A stretch of DNA of 64,000 nt, taken from positions 928,001-992,000 of the forward strand of contig OZ242296.1 of assembly GCA_965207735.1 (NCBI GenBank), written 5' to 3'. Position numbers and translations under genes: made by a program. A model generated the notes under the pieces. It saw nothing but the letters and a program-made list of their open reading frames with translations, searched no databases and had not been told where the DNA came from. This DNA is from Candidatus Versatilivorator sp. (lineage in GTDB: Bacteria > Acidobacteriota > Terriglobia > Versatilivoradales > Versatilivoraceae). Below, piece after piece: positions 17,719 through 27,141 of the stretch (positions are counted from its first letter, which is position 1; every line of letters starts with the position of its first letter).

Positions 17719-20700
17719 CTACTCCCTCGCCGGCAGGTAGGCTCCATCCCCGCTCCTCTCTCCAGGCGCCCTGCCGTCGTTTACCACTCCGTAGGCCAGG
17801 AACGGGTTCTCTCCCGACACCTTCTCGATCCGGATATACCCCTGACGGGTCTCCGGGTTGGCTCTCAGCAGGATGCCGTCGATCTGATGCCAGCCCCGGG
17901 CCGGGATCGGCTTGGTCACCACCGTATCCGCCAGCATTCCCGTCTCCCCGTTGTAGATCTCCAGGTGGAAGACGCTCTCGCTGCCGTCCACCTCCCCCGT
18001 GTTGACCAGCGCCAGGTTGCTCCGGTTCTCCTCGTTCTGCTGCAATCCCTCCACCCAGGCCTCCTCGGTGAAACCCTCACCCTGCGGCACCGCGTTGTAG
18101 AAGACGCTGTATTGCCCGCCCCCTCCCTTTGAACCCGTTCTGGCTCCGATCACAATCCCGCTCAGGTCTCCCTCTTCGGCCACCACGAACAACGGTCCCA
18201 GGTAAAAGCCCCGGCTCGTGCCCAGCCCCGCCACTCCCTGGCGCCGCAACTCCTCCACCACCTCGGGCACGATCTCCTGCTCGCCCCCTTCCAGCTCCAT
18301 GCTGAAAGCAACCGTCTTGTCGTCGGTCTTGACTTGCTCGCCCGCAAACTCGAATTCCAGCCTCCTGGGCTGCTGGGAGAAGTTCGTCACCGTCAGCTCG
18401 CTCCTGAACTCCCCGGTCTCCACAATTACGGGCAAGGTCTGTCGGGTTGTCCCCGTCAGTGAACTGGCCGTCACCGGAAAGACGAACGACCCGTCCGAGT
18501 TGGCCTGGTCGTTGATCACCCCGTAGGCGTAGAAGGGCGCCTCTCCCTCCACCCGCTCCACCTTCACGTAGCCGTTCTCCACACTCCCCAGCAGCCCCGA
18601 GTACTGGTGAAACCCTCCCGGCTCCAGCGTTACATCGTCCAGCTCCCGGGGGCTGGTGTCGGATGCCTCGCCCGAGTAGACCGTGGTCTTGAGCGTGATC
18701 GCACCCTCTTCTGAGGTCCCCATGTTCTGGAAGGCCACGTTCGAGCGGTCCTGGCTGTTCTGTCTGAGGCCGCACAGATAGACCGGTTCGTCAAAGCCTT
18801 CTTCCTCCGCCACCCCAAGGTAGGCCAGCCCCGCCCTTCCCTCAGGCACCAGCGTCGTGGTCCGCACCACCGCCTCCACCTCGGACTTCACTGCGACCTC
18901 CACTCTCAATGTCCCGATCCGGTTCCCGGTTGCGGGGATCGGTACCCCCAGACCCCTCAGATAGTCCAGGGCGTCGGTCTCGATCTTCTGCCGACCTGCG
19001 TCGAGCCGGTCGGTGGCCGTGCCGCTTCCCCCACCTGCATCCGCCGTGTAGATGTAGTGGAGGGTGGCCTCTTCCATCCCCCGGTTGGTCAGCGTCAGCT
19101 CCGAGGTGAAAAAGGAGTTGTTCCGCCCCGCCGAGGACAGGATCACCGGAACGAACGGCGACCCCGTCGTCAGCCGGAAGCTCCCTTCGGCCACCTCCCC
19201 CTCCCCGCAGTCATAGACGAACCTGCCCTCTCCCAACTCGGTGAAGGTCAGCGAAACTTCACAGGAACTCCCGTCATCGTAGTCCAGCCCCAGCCTTCCC
19301 TTGCGCGGACCTGTCCTCTCATAGGTGTAGGCGCCCGTTCGGGAAGCGCCCTCGGTCCTGGTCGCAGTTTGCTCTCCGCCCGACTCCATCTGCTCGAACC
19401 GGTTGTCCTCTCCGAACCGCAGCTCAAGGCTGCCGGCGGGCTCCTCCCCACCCGTGAGCCGTAACCTCAACCGTCTGCCCTCCAGGTCCTCCCCGGTGAA
19501 GTGAGAAGGATCGTCCGGGTCGGGCTCCTCTGCCTCCGTCCTCCCTTCTCCCGGCTGCGACCACTCACCCCTCCCCTCTTCATTCACGGCCCTCACCTCC
19601 ACCCGGTAGAGCCTCTCCTCCTCCAGGCCCGTCAGCGTCAACCTCAGTCCCGTCCCCTCGTGCCCTCCATCCCGGTAGCCTTCCTCCCCCTCCTCCCGGT
19701 AGCGCACCTCATAGCCGGTGATCTCAGGCCCCCGGTTCTCAGGCTCGGACCAGCTCACCGTCAGGCTGTCCGTGCCCTCAGCTCTCACCTCCGGCGCCGC
19801 CACCGCCCCCGGCGGCTCCTCCTCGTCACTCACCCGCACCCGTATGGCCCTCTGTCTCCTCCGCTCCCTCTCCCCCTCCCCGCTCCTCGCCTCCACCACC
19901 ACCACGTATTCGTTGTCTCCCGCTCCGCTTGCCGGGTCGGTGCCGGCCGCATCGGCAGGCCTCTCATAGTCCGGCGCCTCCGTGAAGCTCAGCTCTCCCG
20001 TTTCCTCAACTACCGTAAACAGCGCTGCGTCCGCTCCCCCCGCGATCCCGTAGCCGGCAACCTCGTCCCCCTCGTCGGAGTCCACCGCTTCCAGCCGCAC
20101 TACCTTCGTCTGGTTCTCCACCACCTCGAACTGCCCCGGGCTGGTGATCTCAGGCAGCCGGTTCAGCTCGCTCAGCCGGAAGCTCCCCTGTCCCTGCAAC
20201 GCGCCCCCGCAGCGGTAGCTGTAGCTGCCTGCTCCCACTCCGCCGAAGCTCATCCGCAGTTCGCACGTCTCCCCCCCGTCGTAGTCCAGGCTCAGCTCTC
20301 CCGTCGTCCGGCTGGTGTAGCGGTACCGGTAGCTCCCCATGCGGGTCGCCGTCACTTCCCCCGCTGCATCCAGCTCCCTCTCCTCAAACCGCAGACCCCC
20401 TCCAAACCTCACCTTCAGACTCCGCCGGCTTCCTCCAAACGGCGTCCACTCCAATCCGGCCTCTCCACCCTCCAGGTCCTCCGCCCGGAAGTTGGACCGA
20501 TAGGCCGGATCCAGCGGCATCACCACCTCCACCGCCTCCGACACTCGCCCGTTGCCGATCTGGTTGACCGCCCGCAGCTCAAAGACATAGACCGTCCCGT
20601 TGCCAAGGTTACTAACCGTGTATCCGGTGGCGTTGACCTCGCCGGGAGCGCTGTCTTCGATCCGGACCCACTCGCCAAACGCTTCCCGCCCGTCCTTCAA

Positions 20701-23007
20701 CCGGTACTCAAAGCGCTGGATGGGAGAACCCCCGTCGCTTTCCGGCGGGCTCCACTCCAGCCGCACTGCCCCGTCGCCGGGTGTCGCCGTCAGGACTGCC
20801 GGCGCCTCCGGAGGAAACAGCAGGCCCCCCCCACCACCGCCTCGTGGCGGTGGGGGTGGCGGCGGTGGCGGAGGGGGTGGTGGGGGTGGCGTGGCCATCA
20901 CCGTCTCAGCCCCGCCCTTTCCCAGGGCATTGACCGCACGCACCTCAAAGACATACTCCCGGCCATTGATCAGGCCTCCCACCGTCACCCCATTCGACCC
21001 CGCTCCAACACTCTCCCACTCGCTCCATGCCTCACTAGTGGGCGCGTACCGGTACTCATAGCAGAGGATAGCCGAGCCTCCGTTATTAGACGGCCGGTTC
21101 CAGCTCAACCTTACCGACCCGCTGCCGGGACTCGCCCGCAGGCCGATGGAAGAAATCGCCTCGGGCGCCGACGGCGGTGACACCCGCACCTCCATCCAAA
21201 CAACTCCAGCTGCCTCAAGATCGTCTTTATCCCGAATGCCGCCCGTGTCCGGCACCTTGTAGGTGAGCCCCACCGTCTCGCCGCTGGTCCGCGCCTCCGT
21301 CAGCGTCAACTGCACGTCGTTCCCGTTCACCGCAACCTCCTCCACCTGCGCTGATTTGTATCCTGGTTTTACGACAACCGTAAACGCGCTTGCGGGCGGG
21401 ACGGCGTCGGCGTCCAGCTCCTCATCAAAGCTCAGCTTCACCTGGCAGCAAATCGCTTCGAGCCGGACTGGGGTCGGTCCGGTGTTGCCCGATTCGCGCG
21501 CAGTCAGTGCAGCCTGTACGGCGGTGCCGAATGCTTCGTTTTCCTCCTCCCCGAACACGATCACCGGCGAGTCGGAAATTTGCCTGCCCCGAGAGATCGC
21601 GCGGGAGGACAGTGCATGGTAGTCGAGGCGTGCCGCCATTTCGTCGACCTTGACTGTTTCGGTCTCCGCGAGGTTCGTGGTTTCGTACGGATCCTCGGCG
21701 ATGTTAAAAAGCCGCAGTTCTCCGGACACCCACTGGCTGGTGTGCGCGATCCGTTCGATCAGCTTCCAGTCGCCCTGGCGTAGCACGAAGGCCGAATGCA
21801 CCAGCTCGGTTCGCGGGCTCTCCGCGCCATTGGCGATGGCGGCCCAGGCATCCAGTCCATCGAGCGGCAGGCCGTCGGTGGTGGATGCCCCGGCCAATCC
21901 GGCGAACGTGGGGAACACGTCCACCGCGTGCAGCAGCGCATCGCTTTGGGTACCCGCCGGGATCTCGCCGGGCCAGCGAGCGACGGCAGGCACCCGGATG
22001 CCGCCCTCGAAATACGTAGCCTTTTGGCCCCGGTACGGGCTCTGGCCCGCGGTACGGGCCTCCGGGGCGTCTCCGTTGTCGCTCAGGAACATGACCAGGG
22101 TGTTGTCCAGCACACCCTTTTCCTCGAGCGCGGCGAGCACCAAGCCGATCGCGTCATCCATTGCCTTGAGCATCGCGCGCTGCTTGTATTTCAGACCGCT
22201 GAAGAGGTCCAGATACTCCTGTGGCGCTTCATGGGGGGCATGCACCGCGTTGAACGGCAGGTAGAGAAAGAACGGACTCGCGCCATCGTGGCGCCCGATC
22301 AGTTGGGCCGCTTCGTCCGCCAGCAGGAAGCTCGAGTAGCCGGACTCCACAACGGGCCGTCCGTTGCGGTGCCAGTCGAGAACCTGGCGGTCGTGCGCGG
22401 CCCGGGTGTGCTTGAAGGACCTGAGTTTACCCGTATACATCCCGTAGTGATGATCGAATCCGCGCTGCAGGGGCAGGTGCTCCGTGAGCCATTGCCCGAG
22501 GTGCCACTTGCCGACGATCCAGGTCGCGTAGCCAACGTCGCCCAGGGACTCGGCGATCGTGCGCTCGTCCAGGAGCAACCCACCAGTCATCTCCGGATGG
22601 GGGATCGTATCCACGCCGTTCTTCCACGAGTAGCGACCCGTGAGCAGGGCCGCCCGGGTCGGGGCGCACTGCGGCTGGACGTAAAACTGGGTGAGTTTGA
22701 CGCCTTCGTCGGCGATGCGGTCGATGTTGGGAGTCGATACCTCAGTGCCCCCGTTGAAGCCGGGCTGGCCCCAGCCCAGGTCGTCGGCGACGATGAGGAC
22801 AATGTTGGGCCGCGCGGTCGCCTCTGAGTCTTCAGCCTGGGAAACGGCCCGTTCGGGCGTCCCGAAGGCTATTGCGGCCGCGAGGGCCGCAATAGCCAAT
22901 TTGCCGACCGCAGAGCGATGCGCGCTGAGCAGGCCACTAATCGCGTGAAACCCGCGGAGCACAGGATCGCTGTCGGTCTCCCAGCACCCTGCCGGCACGC
23001 TCAACAT
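17719..23007 (-). CDS. Large secreted arylsulfatase with SwmB-like, FN3 and cadherin modules and a duplicated C-terminal module
   Basis: PNIVLIVADDLGW, CAPTRAALLTG, GKWHLG and FLSDNG; then LSFDEELD..SAFTV, three FN3 domains (LSWNRP..YEYRY..YVFEVRAVN), poly-Pro, a cadherin-like domain (LEAVDSD..PDYERP) and a twofold repeated C-terminal module. Start codon uncertain. Confidence 0.9.
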   Translation of the reverse strand: MLSVPAGCWETDSDPVLRGFHAISGLLSAHRSAVGKLAIAALAAAIAFGTPERAVSQAEDSEATARPNIVLIVADDLGWGQPGFNGGTEVSTPNIDRIADEGVKLTQFYVQPQCAPTRAALLTGRYSWKNGVDTIPHPEMTGGLLLDERTIAESLGDVGYATWIVGKWHLGQWLTEHLPLQRGFDHHYGMYTGKLRSFKHTRAAHDRQVLDWHRNGRPVVESGYSSFLLADEAAQLIGRHDGASPFFLYLPFNAVHAPHEAPQEYLDLFSGLKYKQRAMLKAMDDAIGLVLAALEEKGVLDNTLVMFLSDNGDAPEARTAGQSPYRGQKATYFEGGIRVPAVARWPGEIPAGTQSDALLHAVDVFPTFAGLAGASTTDGLPLDGLDAWAAIANGAESPRTELVHSAFVLRQGDWKLIERIAHTSQWVSGELRLFNIAEDPYETTNLAETETVKVDEMAARLDYHALSSRAISRGRQISDSPVIVFGEEENEAFGTAVQAALTARESGNTGPTPVRLEAICCQVKLSFDEELDADAVPPASAFTVVVKPGYKSAQVEEVAVNGNDVQLTLTEARTSGETVGLTYKVPDTGGIRDKDDLEAAGVVWMEVRVSPPSAPEAISSIGLRASPGSGSVRLSWNRPSNNGGSAILCYEYRYAPTSEAWSEWESVGAGSNGVTVGGLINGREYVFEVRAVNALGKGGAETVMATPPPPPPPPPPPPPPPRGGGGGGLLFPPEAPAVLTATPGDGAVRLEWSPPESDGGSPIQRFEYRLKDGREAFGEWVRIEDSAPGEVNATGYTVSNLGNGTVYVFELRAVNQIGNGRVSEAVEVVMPLDPAYRSNFRAEDLEGGEAGLEWTPFGGSRRSLKVRFGGGLRFEERELDAAGEVTATRMGSYRYRYTSRTTGELSLDYDGGETCELRMSFGGVGAGSYSYRCGGALQGQGSFRLSELNRLPEITSPGQFEVVENQTKVVRLEAVDSDEGDEVAGYGIAGGADAALFTVVEETGELSFTEAPDYERPADAAGTDPASGAGDNEYVVVVEARSGEGERERRRQRAIRVRVSDEEEPPGAVAAPEVRAEGTDSLTVSWSEPENRGPEITGYEVRYREEGEEGYRDGGHEGTGLRLTLTGLEEERLYRVEVRAVNEEGRGEWSQPGEGRTEAEEPDPDDPSHFTGEDLEGRRLRLRLTGGEEPAGSLELRFGEDNRFEQMESGGEQTATRTEGASRTGAYTYERTGPRKGRLGLDYDDGSSCEVSLTFTELGEGRFVYDCGEGEVAEGSFRLTTGSPFVPVILSSAGRNNSFFTSELTLTNRGMEEATLHYIYTADAGGGSGTATDRLDAGRQKIETDALDYLRGLGVPIPATGNRIGTLRVEVAVKSEVEAVVRTTTLVPEGRAGLAYLGVAEEEGFDEPVYLCGLRQNSQDRSNVAFQNMGTSEEGAITLKTTVYSGEASDTSPRELDDVTLEPGGFHQYSGLLGSVENGYVKVERVEGEAPFYAYGVINDQANSDGSFVFPVTASSLTGTTRQTLPVIVETGEFRSELTVTNFSQQPRRLEFEFAGEQVKTDDKTVAFSMELEGGEQEIVPEVVEELRRQGVAGLGTSRGFYLGPLFVVAEEGDLSGIVIGARTGSKGGGGQYSVFYNAVPQGEGFTEEAWVEGLQQNEENRSNLALVNTGEVDGSESVFHLEIYNGETGMLADTVVTKPIPARGWHQIDGILLRANPETRQGYIRIEKVSGENPFLAYGVVNDGRAPGERSGDGAYLPARE

Positions 23008-23456
23008 CGCGCCTCACTTCCCAATTGCACGACGTGCTTGGCCTGCCCAGAACGGACGAACGGAACTCGCCACGCCGCGCATGTCCCGCCACCGCGTACC
23101 TTTCCGCTAGCACCTTGAAAGAACTCCCTGAGGGGATTCCGTTCGGAGCGTCAGCCGCATGGAAGACGCCAACTGCCACCGACGCCTAGCGACGGTGAAA
23201 CGTCGCGAATTACCCCCAAACGCTGGAACACCGCAGGAAATCTTGAGGCGCCTTTGGACCACGCAGGCGACACAATATCCATGCCAAATACTCTAAAAGA
23301 TTGTGCATGAGAAGTGCGTGAGATTATGGTTTAATAAATGATATTATGATGATCATTCGGACAGACACGCCGTCGTGACCGTGGAGATTCGGAACATTGT
23401 GCGGGGTGTACACCGAGGCGTTGCGCTGATCCAGCGCATAAAAGGAGCGTGAGCTG

Positions 23457-25388
23457 TTGACCACTCATAACAAACGCGAGTGTGATGAAGTAGCCGGGCG
23501 CTATGATCGGGAGAACGCTTCGGCACCGCATATCGGCGAGAGCCCCGGTATTGAAACAGCCCCTGGCGATGAGATGGAAGGCGATCGCGTGCGGGCTTGT
23601 CTCGATTCTCTTGTGGAGACCTCGCCGGTCGGTGTCGTGATATTCGATGCCGAATCCGGCAACGTGTTCTGGATCAACCACGAAGCCAAACGCATCGTCG
23701 AAGGACTTCGCACGGCTGGACGCACGGCCGTGCAGATGCTTGAGGTGATCACGTGGCGGCGCGCCGACGGACGTGCTTTCGACCTCGCGGAGTCTTCTCT
23801 AACTGACGCGCTGGCTAACGCCGAGACGGTGCGCGGTGAGGAGGTGCTGGTCGAGGCCCCTGACGGACGCAAGGTCACGATGCTGGTCAATGCGACGCCG
23901 GTGCATTCCGCAGACGGGGCGCTCGTTTCGGTAGTCGTCACGATGCAGGACCTGGCGCCCATCCAGGAACTGGAACGCTTGCGCTCCGAGTTCCTGAGCA
24001 TGGTGAGCCATGAGCTGCGTGCGCCACTTACCTCGATTAAGGGTTCGATCGTCACGCTACTGGAGACCAACTCGGACCTGGATCCGGCGGAGATGCGCGA
24101 ATTCTTCCGCATCATCGCTGATCAAGCGGATCACATGCGCGGTCTCATCAGCGATCTGCTTGATGCCGGGCGTATCGACGCGGGCACGCTCTCGGTGGCG
24201 CCCGAGCCTACGGAGTTCGCGGCCTTGGTGGACCGGGCGCGGAACACTTTCTTGTCAGGCGGCGGGCGGCACACAGTGCTCATCGACCTATCGGTGCCGC
24301 TGCCCCGCGTCATGGCCGACCGGCGGCGCATCGTGCAGGTGCTGAACAATCTCTTCGCCAACGCCGCGCGGCATGCCCCCGAGTCCTCCCCGATTCGCCT
24401 CGCCGTCCGGCGTGACGGCGTACACATTGAAGTCTCGGTCTCAGACGAGGGCAGCGGCGTGGCACCCGAGCAGCTGTCGCAACTGTTCCAGAAGTACACG
24501 GGAACGGGCGACGCCGGGCGCGGGCTTGGGGAAACGGGCCTCGGCCTGTCGATCTGCAAGGGGCTGGTGGAAGCGCATGGTGGGCGCATCTGGGCCGAGA
24601 GCGGCGGTGTCGGACAGGGGACGCGGTTGACTTTTACACTGCCGTTGGCCGAAGAGGGGCTCACAGGGTTCGGGAGCCTCCCAAGTCCGCCCCGTGAAGA
24701 ATCGAGCGAGACGCGAATCCTGGTGGTTGACGATGACCCGCAGACGCTGCGCTACGTGCGCGACGCCCTCTCGGACGCCGGCTACGTTCCTCTCGTGACC
24801 GGTGACCATCGGGAGCTCGCCCGCGTCATCAAGACGGAGAGGCCACAGTTGGTCGTGCTCGACTTGATACTGCCCGAAGCCGACGGCATAGAGCTGATGG
24901 AAAGCGTCCCGGAACTCGCTGACCTCCCGGTCATCTTCATCTCCGCATACAGGCGGGACGAGACCATAGCGCGTGCGCTCGAGGCCGGCGCCGCCGACTA
25001 CATTGTCAAGCCTTTCTCGGCAACGGAGCTAACGGCACGAATCCGCGCAGCATTGCGACGCCGGGCTGAGCCTAGCTCCTTCGTCCTGGGCAAACTGGCC
25101 ATCGGCTACGATGAGCGACAGGTGAGATTGGCCGGGCGCGTGGTCAAACTGACCGCCTCCGAGTACGATCTCTTGCGTGTACTCTCGCTTAACGCGGGAC
25201 GCATCATGGAGTACAAATCCTTGCTGCGCCAAGTCTCCGGAAAGGGCGACGCTAGCGCCGGCAAGGCTGCTCTGCGAACCCTCGTCAAGAGCCTCCGGCG
25301 CAAGTTGAATGATGACGCAACCGACCCAGCCTATATCCTCAACGAGCGCGACGTCGGCTACCGCATGCCACGACCCGACACTTCGTGA
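23457..25388 (+). CDS. Cytoplasmic hybrid PAS-HisKA-HATPase-REC-OmpR/PhoB wHTH protein
   Basis: SHELRAPLTSIKG, QVLNNLFANA, GLGLSICK, ILVVDDD, DYIVKPF, KLTASEYDLL and ILNERDVGYR. Start uncertain. Confidence 0.9.
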   Translation: MTTHNKRECDEVAGRYDRENASAPHIGESPGIETAPGDEMEGDRVRACLDSLVETSPVGVVIFDAESGNVFWINHEAKRIVEGLRTAGRTAVQMLEVITWRRADGRAFDLAESSLTDALANAETVRGEEVLVEAPDGRKVTMLVNATPVHSADGALVSVVVTMQDLAPIQELERLRSEFLSMVSHELRAPLTSIKGSIVTLLETNSDLDPAEMREFFRIIADQADHMRGLISDLLDAGRIDAGTLSVAPEPTEFAALVDRARNTFLSGGGRHTVLIDLSVPLPRVMADRRRIVQVLNNLFANAARHAPESSPIRLAVRRDGVHIEVSVSDEGSGVAPEQLSQLFQKYTGTGDAGRGLGETGLGLSICKGLVEAHGGRIWAESGGVGQGTRLTFTLPLAEEGLTGFGSLPSPPREESSETRILVVDDDPQTLRYVRDALSDAGYVPLVTGDHRELARVIKTERPQLVVLDLILPEADGIELMESVPELADLPVIFISAYRRDETIARALEAGAADYIVKPFSATELTARIRAALRRRAEPSSFVLGKLAIGYDERQVRLAGRVVKLTASEYDLLRVLSLNAGRIMEYKSLLRQVSGKGDASAGKAALRTLVKSLRRKLNDDATDPAYILNERDVGYRMPRPDTS

Positions 25389-25632
25389 AGGGTGTCGGCG
25401 GTGCAGCAACATCCCGGACTGATCAACGCCAAATTCGGCAAACCTACGTAATGCGGTTTCGCTCACAAGTCAGTAGTGTCTGACCACCACTCCAACTCAA
25501 AATGCACGAAATCAGAAAGACTGAGGAAGCTTTGGAGTGTTATCGGCGTAACAGGTGGGGGACCATATGGGGGATCAGTTGCGGCAAAATGAACAATATA
25601 TTATTGATAATAATATATTTATATCGAATGTC

Positions 25633-25726
25633 TGGCGGAGAGGGCGGGATTCGAACCCGCGTGGGAGCGACTAACCCCCTAACCGCTTTCGAGGCGGCCC
25701 CGTTATGACCACTTCGGTACCTCTCC
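25633..25726 (-). tRNA. tRNA-Ser(CGA)
   Basis: Reverse complement GGAGAGGTACCGAAGTGG..CTCGAAA..long variable arm..GGTTCGAATCCCGCCCTCTCCGCCA; acceptor stem GGAGAGG/CCTCTCC; encoded CCA. Confidence 0.95.
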
Positions 25727-25763
25727 GCGTGATTGGTCTATGTTTCGACTGCCCGGAACGGCG

Positions 25764-26231
25764 CTAGCGGCGAAGCCGGAAGAACTCCTGCAGCAGCCTC
25801 ACCGCCTGGACTTCCCCGACTCCCGACACGACCTCCACCCGGTGGTTGACCGATTCCGATTCAAACAGCCGGAGTTGGGAGTCGACGGCGCCGGCCTTGG
25901 GGTCTCTGGCGCCGTAGACCAGACGTTGGACCCGCGCCCAAACCAGGCTGCCGGCACACATGGCACAAGGTTCCAAGGTGCAATAAATTGTTGCCGAAGT
26001 CAAACGGTAATTCCCCATCCGCCTGGCAGCCTGCCGCAGGGCCAGGATCTCGGCGTGGGCCGTGGGGTCCGATCGGGCGAGGCTTTGGTTGTAGCCCCGG
26101 CCCACCACTTTGCCATCCACCACCACCACCGCTCCCACCGGGACCTCCTCCAGCGAGAAGGCCCTTTGGGCCAGGCGCAATGCCATTTTCATGAACGGAT
26201 CGGTTACAGGTGGGTCCGGATGGCTCAACAA
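25764..26231 (-). CDS. tadA: tRNA adenosine(34) deaminase
   Basis: [24 protein letters not shown] and DPKAGA. Confidence 0.95.
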   Translation of the reverse strand: MLSHPDPPVTDPFMKMALRLAQRAFSLEEVPVGAVVVVDGKVVGRGYNQSLARSDPTAHAEILALRQAARRMGNYRLTSATIYCTLEPCAMCAGSLVWARVQRLVYGARDPKAGAVDSQLRLFESESVNHRVEVVSGVGEVQAVRLLQEFFRLRR

Positions 26232-26352
26232 GATTCCTCAAGCGGGACTTGGAGTCGTTTGCAACATCCGCCGGCCGCACTCCCCTGCGCAGCCGATGCG
26301 GTTGCCGCACAGTCCGAAGGACCGCCGGGGAATTCTTCTGCACTGGCCAGTT

Positions 26353-27102
26353 TCAATCGCAAGGCAACTGGTAGGCCAATCTGCGTGTCTTGCGGGTCTT
26401 GAGGTCTCGCACGGACTCGCAGACCAGGAACTCGGATTGCGGAATGTCGGGGCTCGTAGGGCACTTGATCCTGCGTCCCTCCGAGATGAGCCCGGGCCGG
26501 GACGCGGCCCTCAGGCTTCCGTCCGTTCCGATCACCAGATAGGCTTTCACGTCCAGGGTTTGGCCAGAGCAGAGCGGCTGCGGGTCCCAGCTCACCCAGA
26601 CCGAATCTCCTTGAACCGCCCGAACCGGCGCGTTCAAGGGGACATCCCAGCGGGCAATGACCTTGCCCTTCTTGTTGAATTCCAGCACCCAGTCGGGCAG
26701 CAGCCATTCCGACAGGCCGTAGCTCCCAAGATCCTTGACAAATACCTGGACGAACCTTCCGCAGGGATGGGCCTGAAGGCGACCTGCCGCTCCCGACCGC
26801 CTCAGCCGCTCACGGACACCCGATTGAAGGGCTCCGCTGCCTTCCTGAGCCAGCATGAACCGGAGCGGGATTCCCTGCTCTTGCCGATACGCTTCCAACT
26901 GTTCGCCGGCGATCCGTCGGACCAGGAACCCCAGCAGAAAGCGGTCCCAAACCAGGGCTTTTTGCCGCATGGGACCGAAGACCGTTGTTTCCTCGCCTTC
27001 GGGGACCTCAAAACAGCCCGTCTGCCTCGGTGTCGGCGGAGGCGAGGACGGAAACGCCAGTCCGGACAGCAGCAGCACGACCAGCATGACACCGGTGATC
27101 AT
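26353..27102 (-). CDS. Hypothetical exported protein
   Basis: Signal-like N-terminus; co-oriented with neighbours; several Cys. Confidence 0.55.
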   Translation of the reverse strand: MITGVMLVVLLLSGLAFPSSPPPTPRQTGCFEVPEGEETTVFGPMRQKALVWDRFLLGFLVRRIAGEQLEAYRQEQGIPLRFMLAQEGSGALQSGVRERLRRSGAAGRLQAHPCGRFVQVFVKDLGSYGLSEWLLPDWVLEFNKKGKVIARWDVPLNAPVRAVQGDSVWVSWDPQPLCSGQTLDVKAYLVIGTDGSLRAASRPGLISEGRRIKCPTSPDIPQSEFLVCESVRDLKTRKTRRLAYQLPCD

Positions 27103-27141
27103 GACAGACCGAGGAATGCGAGGAAGTGAGACGGCAGAGCC

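Noticed and set aside
25502-25708. 68-aa ORF overlapping the tRNA
   Set aside because: Reads through the antisense tRNA-Ser and an AT-rich palindrome; spurious.
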